From Hyphomicrobiaceae bacterium (GTDB taxonomy: Bacteria; Pseudomonadota; Alphaproteobacteria; Rhizobiales; Hyphomicrobiaceae), in the NCBI GenBank assembly GCA_040080145.1, contig JBEBJA010000069.1, forward strand, positions 1,620-65,619: a stretch of 64,000 bases of DNA, written 5' to 3'. Of the stretch, positions 37,635-45,510 are shown one piece after another (position 1 is the stretch's first letter; each line of letters opens with the position of its first letter). The notes under the pieces were generated by a model, which saw nothing but the letters and a program-made list of their open reading frames with translations, was not told the DNA's origin and made no database searches. Both the position numbers and the translations under genes were made by a program.

Positions 37635-39092
37635 ATGTCCCAGTCGATATCCTTAAGCCGGCTTGCGCGTCTGGTTGGGTTGCCAAGATCGACGCTGCAG
37701 CGGATGGCTCAAGCAGGTGAGTTCGCAACTTTCGATGGTCACGTAGAACTCGCGGAGGTAATGCGTGCCTTTCCTGGCGCACGGTTCGACAACGACAGTG
37801 AGATCCGCCGCGTCGAAGAAATCAAGAATGATGCGCTCAACAAGTCTGCGGAAAGACCAGAGTTGCCCGATGCCGCCGTGCTGATGGGACGCCTGCAGCA
37901 GATGGGGCGAGACTATGCCGGCCTCGCGGCACGGGTAAGGCATTATGCGCTGGTCCACCGGTGGCTCGTCGAAAAAGTCAAAGATTTGACAGCGGACGGC
38001 AAAATCGAGCCGGTGGTTGGCGATGGGCTGCTGCGCTGGTTCAAGCATGAACTCGAAGCAACGCCGCGCGAGGATGCGCGCTGGCAGCAACTTGTTACAC
38101 AGGAGCGCCTCATGCGCGTGATGTCTGCCCAGGTGACGGTCTTGCCGCGCGGGACGACTTTCGAGGCCCAGGGAAATGAAACGCTGCTTGATGCCGGTCT
38201 TCGCGCAGGATTATCGTTCGCCTACGGCTGTAGCAACGGCAACTGCGGCGACTGCAAGGCGCGGGTGATCGAAGGCGAGGTACTCAAGGTCCGCCCCCAC
38301 GATTTTGCGCTGAACGAGGCACAGAAGGCCAAGGGAATCACCCTGATGTGCTCGTATGCAGCCGTGGGCGACGTCGTTCTCGAAGCCGCGATGGCTGGAA
38401 CCCGCGATATTCCCCAGCAAACCATCATGGCCCGCGTCCGGGCAATCGAACCGCTCGGTAAGCACGTAACCGCCGTGCATCTGCTGACGCCGCGCAGTGA
38501 TCGTCTGCAGTTTTTGGCCGGCCAGCGATTGCGTGTAACGATTGGTGGTCAAGCTGCCGAGGTTTCGATTGCAAGCTGCCCGTGTGAGGAGCGCCGCATC
38601 GAGGTGCATGTGCGCGAAACAGACACCTGGTCGCCGTTTGCGAGTGCAGGCCTAAAACAAAATGACGAGGTCGAAATCGTAGGGCCATTCGGCGAATTCG
38701 TGCTGAACGAGGCGTCGGCGCGCCCGTTGGTTCTGATTGCGCAAGGCGAGGGGTACGCGCCCATCAAGAGCCTCGTGCAACATGCCCTGTCGCTCGATCT
38801 CGCACCCAACATTGCGCTCTATTGGCTCGCGGACGCCGGCGGGCATTACCAGGAAAACTTGCCGCGATCCTATGCTGCAGCATTGGACAACTTCGACTAT
38901 ATCCCGTTGACCATCAACGGCGATCACAAGGCAGCCCTGGCAGCAATTCTCGCCCGGCCGGACCTCGTATCGAGCGACGTCTATGCGGCCGGTGATGCCG
39001 CGTTCATCGAAACCATGCGGTCCGCATGGTTGACTGCCGGACTATCGCGGGACAACCTGCGCGTCGAGGCGTTCGGCAGCATCCCGGACTGA
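37635..39092 (+). CDS. fusion protein: N-terminal HTH (MerR/excisionase-like) + plant-type [2Fe-2S] ferredoxin domain + FNR-like domain with degenerate cofactor motifs
   Basis: HTH: ISLSRLARLVGLPRSTLQRMAQAGE. [2Fe-2S]: CSNGNCGDC...LMC. FNR-like: GQRLRV...VSIAS...GPFGEF...LIAQGEGYAPI. GGGAGGGGGGAGG lies upstream of the ATG at 37635. Confidence 0.7.
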   Translation: MSQSISLSRLARLVGLPRSTLQRMAQAGEFATFDGHVELAEVMRAFPGARFDNDSEIRRVEEIKNDALNKSAERPELPDAAVLMGRLQQMGRDYAGLAARVRHYALVHRWLVEKVKDLTADGKIEPVVGDGLLRWFKHELEATPREDARWQQLVTQERLMRVMSAQVTVLPRGTTFEAQGNETLLDAGLRAGLSFAYGCSNGNCGDCKARVIEGEVLKVRPHDFALNEAQKAKGITLMCSYAAVGDVVLEAAMAGTRDIPQQTIMARVRAIEPLGKHVTAVHLLTPRSDRLQFLAGQRLRVTIGGQAAEVSIASCPCEERRIEVHVRETDTWSPFASAGLKQNDEVEIVGPFGEFVLNEASARPLVLIAQGEGYAPIKSLVQHALSLDLAPNIALYWLADAGGHYQENLPRSYAAALDNFDYIPLTINGDHKAALAAILARPDLVSSDVYAAGDAAFIETMRSAWLTAGLSRDNLRVEAFGSIPD

Positions 39093-39128
39093 CGGCATTG
39101 CAACCCCCAGCAACGACGGGAACACCAA

Positions 39129-39530
39129 TCAGTTTTTCGAACCACGCTTCATAACGTCGGGGCAGAAGTAGGTCTGCAAAATCGCGACAATGTCGGCAAC
39201 GGGCGTGTTGGCCAACGAATAGTGCACGAAGTTGCCCCGCCGGTCAGCCTTCACAAGGCCACCTTGACGCAACCTGATGAGGTGTTGCGAAACGAGGCTT
39301 TGGCGAGCATCGATCGCTTCGCAGATCTCCGTCACCGATTTGGCACCGTCCATCAAGAAGCAGAGAATCATCAGCCGGTGTCCGCTGCCCATTGTGCGCA
39401 GGAACTCCGCAGCTACCTCTGCCGAATCCTTTGTTGCTGCCAATGCGTTCACATCAATCTGAGTCGATGACGCTACCGGCTTTGAGGAATCGCGCCGCTT
39501 TGCGTCAAGCCGCGTCCGAGTGTTGGCCAT
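39129..39530 (-). CDS. ArsR/SmtB-family transcriptional regulator, two-Cys SqrR/BigR-like
   Basis: HRLMILCFL...SVTEICEAIDARQSLVSQHLIRLRQGGLV...YFC. The Cys residues in ILC and YFC are 66 residues apart. Start at the ATG at 39530. Confidence 0.8.
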   Translation of the reverse strand: MANTRTRLDAKRRDSSKPVASSTQIDVNALAATKDSAEVAAEFLRTMGSGHRLMILCFLMDGAKSVTEICEAIDARQSLVSQHLIRLRQGGLVKADRRGNFVHYSLANTPVADIVAILQTYFCPDVMKRGSKN

Positions 39531-39695
39531 GGTTCTCTCAATTGCATCAGGATAAACCGTTGAACGGAATACCTTCCATGCTATCGAAGATAGCTCATGC
39601 CGTACTTTGCTGCAATGCAATAAATTAGCACACCAGCTCTGCCTGCAGCGGTTAGCTCGGGTCAGATCCGGTCAGTCACTGATTTCGTAGGCGCC

Positions 39696-39728
39696 AAACC
39701 CGCAAAAGACGGTTGCTTTTGCGGGTTT
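39696..39728 (-). terminator. 13-bp stem-loop downstream of tusA
   Basis: AAACCCGCAAAAG pairs with CTTTTGCGGGTTT. Lies about 55 nt after the tusA stop. Confidence 0.5.
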
Positions 39729-39782
39729 GAATGGTCAGGGCACAGCGAACGCCGCTTCATGGGAAGGGCATGCGCAAGTGGT

Positions 39783-40010
39783 TCAGCCACCGCGTTTTAT
39801 CAAGAACCGGTACACTCCAGCATCTTCAGATTGCTCCACGAGCGTATTGCCCGTGGTCCTGCAAAACGCCTGGAAGTCAGCGACCGATCCAGGATCGGTC
39901 GCGAGAATTTCAAGTGTACCGCCGGGCGCGACTTCCGTGATAGCCTTCTTGGCCTTGAGAATAGGAATCGGGCAATTCGCGCCCTTAGCGTCGAGTGTCT
40001 TGTCAGCCAT
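39783..40010 (-). CDS. tusA: TusA/SirA-family sulfurtransferase (YeeD-like)
   Basis: 75 aa with the LDAKGANCPIPILKAKKA CPxP motif. Downstream of yeeE. Confidence 0.9.
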   Translation of the reverse strand: MADKTLDAKGANCPIPILKAKKAITEVAPGGTLEILATDPGSVADFQAFCRTTGNTLVEQSEDAGVYRFLIKRGG

Positions 40011-40208
40011 TGTTTATCTCCCCGTGTGCGTTGATCACTATTTCATTTTGGGTCGGCACGTCTATGGTCCTCTCCGTGATCGGAGTCTGTCGGCACCTCC
40101 CTCATATTGACGTTTGCAAACAGACGAAGGTGGCCCGTCAAGGCCGGTGAACAGCGTAATCCGATCATGCCCCGAGCGGGCGGACACGCCGGCGTCAGAC
40201 TTCGTTCG

Positions 40209-41333
40209 TCAGACTTCGTTCATTAGGATCGTTTCCATCTTCTTCATGCCCAGCACACCGCCGGCAACAATCGCAGCAAATGTCAGGAACGAACCAATCG
40301 CCAAAGTAGAAACGCCGGTAACAGCTTGGCCGATTGTGCATCCAAGCGCCATCACGCCACCAATGCCCATGAGGGCTGCACCAAACAGAACGCGCTTGGT
40401 ATCGGCCACATTGGAGAACGTCGTGAACTTGAAGCGCCCCATTGACTTCGCGGCGATGAAAGCACCCAAAATAGCGCCAAACACGGACGCGACTCCGAAT
40501 CCTGGAACCATCGTTGCTGTAAATCGCTGCAGCCATTCAAGAGAGTCTGCTGTTGGCCGCACGTACGTCAGGGAGATTGGCGTCATCGGCTTGCCGCCCA
40601 TTTCATCATAGGCCAACCCGGTGAGCACCCAGCCCGCAATCGCACATAACGCGATACCGCCGCCCGCGAGGATGTGGATAGGCGAGTTTCGAAAGTTTGC
40701 ATCTTTAAAACAATAGATTGCGGCTGCTCCCGCAATCAAAACGGTTATGACCAGATTGCCCGTGTCTGGTCCGAGTTTCGTGACCACGCCCACGAGTTCG
40801 CCGATGCTCTGAGTTGAAACTTTCAGGCTACTCAGGTTAACGCTCGTCACTTGGTCAAACCAATTGCGCAGCGGTCCGATGATGCCGCCGATGGCCATGT
40901 AGGCGAACAGTCCCATAACGATGAGCGTTACCAAAGATCGAAGATCGCCCGCGCCGACGCGGGTTAGATTTCGACTGGCGCAGCCGCCCGCGAAAACCAT
41001 CCCAAACCCAAAGATCAGACCGCCGACGATGTTGCCAAACCAGTTTAATGTGGGGCTCAGATACATGGATTTTGCAAGCGGAACCACGCCTGCCCAGTTC
41101 AGCAGCTGAGCGCCCACGAGCGTTAGCGCGGCCGCCAGTATCCACGAACGAAAGCGGCGATAGTCTCCGAACGACATGATGTCGGAGATCGACCCCATAG
41201 TGCAGAAATTGGTCCGGAACACGATGTATCCGAATAGTGTCCCGATAATCAATCCGCCAACCGCAAGCCAAACATCTGGATTGCTTTGTATCAAATCCCT
41301 CAGTGCACCCATGTCACCCTCCAGCCTTACCAC
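40209..41333 (-). CDS. yeeE: full-length YeeE/YedE-family transporter (thiosulfate/sulfur-compound uptake type)
   Basis: 374 aa with about 9 transmembrane helices. Three Cys-containing motifs (FCTMGS, GGCASRNL, LGCTIGQ). Followed by a tusA-like gene. Confidence 0.85.
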   Translation of the reverse strand: MVRLEGDMGALRDLIQSNPDVWLAVGGLIIGTLFGYIVFRTNFCTMGSISDIMSFGDYRRFRSWILAAALTLVGAQLLNWAGVVPLAKSMYLSPTLNWFGNIVGGLIFGFGMVFAGGCASRNLTRVGAGDLRSLVTLIVMGLFAYMAIGGIIGPLRNWFDQVTSVNLSSLKVSTQSIGELVGVVTKLGPDTGNLVITVLIAGAAAIYCFKDANFRNSPIHILAGGGIALCAIAGWVLTGLAYDEMGGKPMTPISLTYVRPTADSLEWLQRFTATMVPGFGVASVFGAILGAFIAAKSMGRFKFTTFSNVADTKRVLFGAALMGIGGVMALGCTIGQAVTGVSTLAIGSFLTFAAIVAGGVLGMKKMETILMNEV

Positions 41334-41440
41334 CCCTAGGAAATGCGCGTTTCGAGAAGCGTCCCACCGCTTGACGAACCGCCCGCGCTAACTTCCCGCA
41401 ACCGCATTTAATCGAACAGAACACGTTTGGTCTAGCTTGT

Positions 41441-41466
41441 ATCTGAATATTCGAATATGAATCTAT
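41441..41466. promoter_or_regulatory. AT-rich site ATCTGAATATTCGAATATGAATCTAT containing the 12-nt palindrome ATATTCGAATAT
   Basis: Read directly. Lies about 110 nt upstream of yeeE (-) and about 250 nt upstream of the DUF302 gene (+). Confidence 0.4.
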
Positions 41467-41712
41467 GTTGCAACGCAGGTAGGGTAATGGACGCGGATTC
41501 AGACGGTCGCTTCAACGGGGGAACGTGGCTTGAACCGGGACGTTTTATCCTTGTGCTAGCAGCCCTCAAATCCGAAAGTATGCTGCTCTGGCGCCTTACG
41601 GGGCTGAGGCAACGGGCAACACGTGCTACGGTTGAAGCGGATGTACCAGAACATGTCACCTGATACGATCACCATCGAATTGACGGCCCAAAAAAACACA
41701 GGAGGAGACGCC

Positions 41713-42192
41713 ATGAATACACTGCGCAACCTAGCCACTGCCCTCGTAACCGCCACTATTTTCACAATCTTGCCGGGCACCGTTGCCTCGGCAGCAGACG
41801 CAACGCAATTCACGCGCAAGGGCGCAACTTTCGAGGACGTGAAGCTCGATCTGGAGAACGCGATAATCGCCGAGGGTCTGAAGATCGACTACAAGGGCGA
41901 CATCAACGGCATGCTCAAACGCACAGGTACCGATGTCGGCTCCAACCAGCCCATCTACCAGAACGCAGAGTTTATGACCTTCTGCTCGTCGAAGCTGTCG
42001 CGGGCAATGATGGAAGCTGATCCTGCAAACATGTCACAATGCCCCTACGTCGTGTTTATCTACCAACGCGCAACCACGCATAAGGAAGTCGTCGTAGGCT
42101 ATCGCAAGGTCGTGGTCGAAGGGCCGGGGAAGAAGTCACTCGAAGAAATCAACCGCCTGCTCGCTCGCATCGCACAAGCTGCAGCCAAGTAG
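41713..42192 (+). CDS. DUF302-domain protein with signal peptide
   Basis: The VKLDLENAIIAEGLKI...CPYVVFIYQ pattern resembles DUF302. AGGAGGAG RBS. Confidence 0.65.
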   Translation: MNTLRNLATALVTATIFTILPGTVASAADATQFTRKGATFEDVKLDLENAIIAEGLKIDYKGDINGMLKRTGTDVGSNQPIYQNAEFMTFCSSKLSRAMMEADPANMSQCPYVVFIYQRATTHKEVVVGYRKVVVEGPGKKSLEEINRLLARIAQAAAK

Positions 42193-42292
42193 GGCCAGTG
42201 CCAGACGTCAGTTCCCATACACAAATCCGCTGGAGCAGCATCAAGGGCATGCTCTCCAGCGTCTGCTGAAATTCCCCAACCAGAAATGTGTC

Positions 42293-42886
42293 ATGTCTGA
42301 ACCGATTGAAATTTCAGCACTGAATCAGCTCTTTCTCGAGGCTCGCACGCGCAATGGCTGGCGTGATGAGCCGGTCAGTGAGCAAAAGCTGCGTGAAATC
42401 TACGATCTGGCGAAGATGGGGCCGACCTCGGTCAATTCCTGTCCGGCACGCTTTGTATGGGTGCGCAGCACAGCGGGCAAGGAGAAGCTGGCCAATCTCG
42501 CCATGGACAGCAATCGCGCTAAAATACGAGCCGCGCCAGTGACCGTGATTATCGGTCAGGATCTCGATTTTGCAGACAGACTTCACCACCTTTTCCCGGC
42601 CCAATGGGAAGTGATGACGCCTATTTTTAAGCAGCAGCAACTCGCTGAAATAACCGCGTTCCGCAACAGTACGCTGCAAGGCGCATACCTGATGATCGCC
42701 GCGCGAGCGCTCGGACTGGACGCCGGGCCCATGTCCGGTTTCGACAATGCGGGCGTGGACGAGGCCTTCTTTGCTGGTTCCAGGATCAAGTCGAATTTCA
42801 TTTGCTCGCTTGGGTATGGCAATGATGAGGGCCTGTTCCCGCGCAATCCCCGCCTCGCCTTCGATGAGGCGGGCTGGCTGGCATAA
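42293..42886 (+). CDS. nitroreductase-family protein, RutE / malonic semialdehyde reductase-like
   Basis: LFLEARTRNGWRDEPVSEQKLREIYDLAKMGPTSVNSCPARFVWV. Confidence 0.75.
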   Translation: MSEPIEISALNQLFLEARTRNGWRDEPVSEQKLREIYDLAKMGPTSVNSCPARFVWVRSTAGKEKLANLAMDSNRAKIRAAPVTVIIGQDLDFADRLHHLFPAQWEVMTPIFKQQQLAEITAFRNSTLQGAYLMIAARALGLDAGPMSGFDNAGVDEAFFAGSRIKSNFICSLGYGNDEGLFPRNPRLAFDEAGWLA

Positions 42887-43070
42887 TCCCGTGCTCGCAA
42901 GTGCGATCCGCTCAATTTCGCATCTGCGAACCGCCCAGCGGCCGTCTGAGTAGCGGCCACGCACGTCAGTTTGCAGGTCGACTACATCCATACCGGTTCC
43001 AGCTCCAAGCTGTTCGGCACCCTCCGCAGTTCACATGTCCCCGACGCCGCGGACGCCAACAACCGAAGGC

Positions 43071-45128
43071 CTATCCGCCGCCCGCCCCCTCGCGCACTGC
43101 AAGTGCTTTGTCCGCAAGTCGTCCGGTCAACTCCGCATAATGATTGAGACGCGACACGAACGTGCCCACGCCCGATGTGGCCGACCGCAGCTCAACGATC
43201 AGATCGCCCATCTCAGACGCCGGGATGCGCGCCTCGACGACATCCCATCCCGGCCACCCCGGACGGGCGTCGAAGCCAACGATCTGCCCGCGCCGCTGTG
43301 AGATCATGCTGTTGACCCGTGGCGTCGCATCGTTGGGAACCGAAATCTCGATTGCCATGATCGGCTCCAGCAGCACCGGCTGACACTTCGGCATCCCTTC
43401 TGCCATCGCGATCCGCCCCGCTTGCCGGAACGCCATATCCGACGAGTCGACGCTATGCGTGCTGCCATCAATCAGCGTCACCGCGACATCGACCACATGG
43501 CAGCCGAGCGGGCCGGTCTGCAGATAATCCCGCACGCCAATTTCGACCGCCGATATGAAGTGCTTGGGCACCACCCCGCCGACGATTTTGTCGTGGAACT
43601 GAAACCCCTCGCCCCGCGCCAGCGGCTCGATCGTGACCACGACATCGCCAAATTGCCCGTGCCCGCCCGACTGCTTTTTGTGCCGCCCCCGGATCGTCGT
43701 CGCGGCCTGTATCGTCTCCCGGTATGGCACCCGCAGCGGCAGCCTTTCAATTGCCAAGCCATACTTGCGGTTCAGCCGTTCCAGCGTCACCCGCAAGTGC
43801 ATCTCGCCATGCCCGAGCAGCTGCGTCTGATGGGTTTCCGGGTCCTGCTGCACCTTGATGGACGGGTCTTCCTCGCTGAGCTTTGCGAGCGCCGTCGACA
43901 GCTTTACCTCGTCCGACCGGTCCTTCAAAATGATCGCCGTCCCGCTCACCGGCTCAGGCCGCACGATTGGCGTCACTGCCAACACCTGTCCCTTGTCTGC
44001 GCTGACCGTATCGCCCGTCTTGACATGCTCCAGCCGCCCGAACGCCACCGTATCGCCAGCAGTTGCGACCGCCCGCCTGCGCGCATCGGTGCCAAGCATC
44101 GAAAACAACCCGCCAATGCGCTCTTCACCGTGCGGCCCGAAGACCGCGCCGCCATCGGTAAAGTTTCCAGCCAGCATACGCGCCAGCGAAAGCTTCCCAC
44201 CGTGCGCCGTATGCATGGTCTTGAACACGTACGCTGCACTGCGCCCGCCAGTGATGCCCAGTCTGTGTGCTGTCTCCTCAACGCCTGCAACCTCGTGCCG
44301 CAACGCCTTGAGCAGTCGCCCAACCCCATTTCCGTTGTGCGCTGAACCCAGCAGCACTGGGCAGATCAACCCATCGCGGAATTCCTTCGCCAAGTCGCTG
44401 AACACGACCTCGCGCGCCGGGACCTCGTCCGACAGCAACTGCTCCATCAACACTTCATCGTAATCGGCGAGTTTTTCCAGCATCTGGAAACGTGCTTCCT
44501 GTTCGCGCTCCAATGCCGCCGCTGGAATATCAACCGCCTCTGACGGCGCGTTGGGCCGGTAGACGAACGCGCGCTCCAACGCAAGATCGATAAATCCCGC
44601 CGCAACACCGTTCTCCCAGATCGGAATCTGCCGCAGCACGAGCGGCCGTGCACTCGCCGGTTGCAGCATCGCTACGACATCGCGGACCCGCGTCGTGGCC
44701 TGATCAATTTTGTTCAAGAACAGAAAATGCGGAATCCCCTGGTCTTCCAGCAGTTTGAAGATCGCATGTAGTGCCGGCAGCCGCCGCGCATCCGGCTCGC
44801 AAACGATAACCGCCGCATCGCACGCCAATAGCGCCGTCGCCGTCTCCTGCGCGAACTCGATCGACCCTGGGCAATCGACGAACGTGAAGTTTTCACCAAG
44901 ATACGGCGCATCGGCCACCGTCAGCTCGACACTCATCCCGTGCTCGCGCGCCTCAATCGAACTGTCGCCGACGCTCGACTTATCGGTGACGCTGCCTTGG
45001 CGCTTGATCGCTCCCGTGCGCGCCAGGATAGCTTCGAGCAGCGTTGTCTTACCCGAGAGATACGGCCCCACCAGTGCAATGCATCTGGCTGAGCGGCCGC
45101 GGCCATTACGACCTTCTGACGACCCCAT
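43071..45128 (-). CDS. elongation factor G-like GTPase paralog
   Basis: G motifs are GPYLSGKTT, DCPG and NKID. EF-G domains III-V are recognisable (GHGEMHLRVTLERL, PYRETI). GGGAGGAAAC lies upstream of the ATG at 45128. Confidence 0.85.
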   Translation of the reverse strand: MGSSEGRNGRGRSARCIALVGPYLSGKTTLLEAILARTGAIKRQGSVTDKSSVGDSSIEAREHGMSVELTVADAPYLGENFTFVDCPGSIEFAQETATALLACDAAVIVCEPDARRLPALHAIFKLLEDQGIPHFLFLNKIDQATTRVRDVVAMLQPASARPLVLRQIPIWENGVAAGFIDLALERAFVYRPNAPSEAVDIPAAALEREQEARFQMLEKLADYDEVLMEQLLSDEVPAREVVFSDLAKEFRDGLICPVLLGSAHNGNGVGRLLKALRHEVAGVEETAHRLGITGGRSAAYVFKTMHTAHGGKLSLARMLAGNFTDGGAVFGPHGEERIGGLFSMLGTDARRRAVATAGDTVAFGRLEHVKTGDTVSADKGQVLAVTPIVRPEPVSGTAIILKDRSDEVKLSTALAKLSEEDPSIKVQQDPETHQTQLLGHGEMHLRVTLERLNRKYGLAIERLPLRVPYRETIQAATTIRGRHKKQSGGHGQFGDVVVTIEPLARGEGFQFHDKIVGGVVPKHFISAVEIGVRDYLQTGPLGCHVVDVAVTLIDGSTHSVDSSDMAFRQAGRIAMAEGMPKCQPVLLEPIMAIEISVPNDATPRVNSMISQRRGQIVGFDARPGWPGWDVVEARIPASEMGDLIVELRSATSGVGTFVSRLNHYAELTGRLADKALAVREGAGGG

Positions 45129-45229
45129 GTTTCCTCCCAAAAGGATTAAGCTGAGACGCATGGACTTTCTGCCGCCACCCCGCGCCCCATTGGAGTGCAC
45201 GCCGACCGATGTTCTACCCGCCCCGCGCC

Positions 45230-45305
45230 AAGCGCAAGCCCCTCAATAACGAGCGCAAGCCCCTCAATAACGAGCGCAAGCCCCTCAGTCACAAGCGCAA
45301 GCCCC
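45230..45305. repeat. about 3.6 tandem copies of a 21-nt unit (GAGCGCAAGCCCCTCAATAAC)
   Basis: Units at 45230, 45251 and 45272, plus a partial unit at 45293. Intergenic, between the divergent EF-G-like and saccharopine-dehydrogenase-like genes. Confidence 0.9.
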
Positions 45306-45510
45306 CCCAATTAAATGCGGTTGGGTTAAGGCCATTCAACGCAATCCAAGGAACCCACAGGAAACCCCACCGTCTGAGGTCATTCCAGCGAGCTCTGAGA
45401 CCCCGACAACCATCAGAATTAGCTCATATTTTGCGAGAAAATGCCGCCGCCATGTTCGTGGCGGCATGCTATAAGCGCCTGATGCCTGCTGCCGGTAACA
45501 GGAATAGTCC

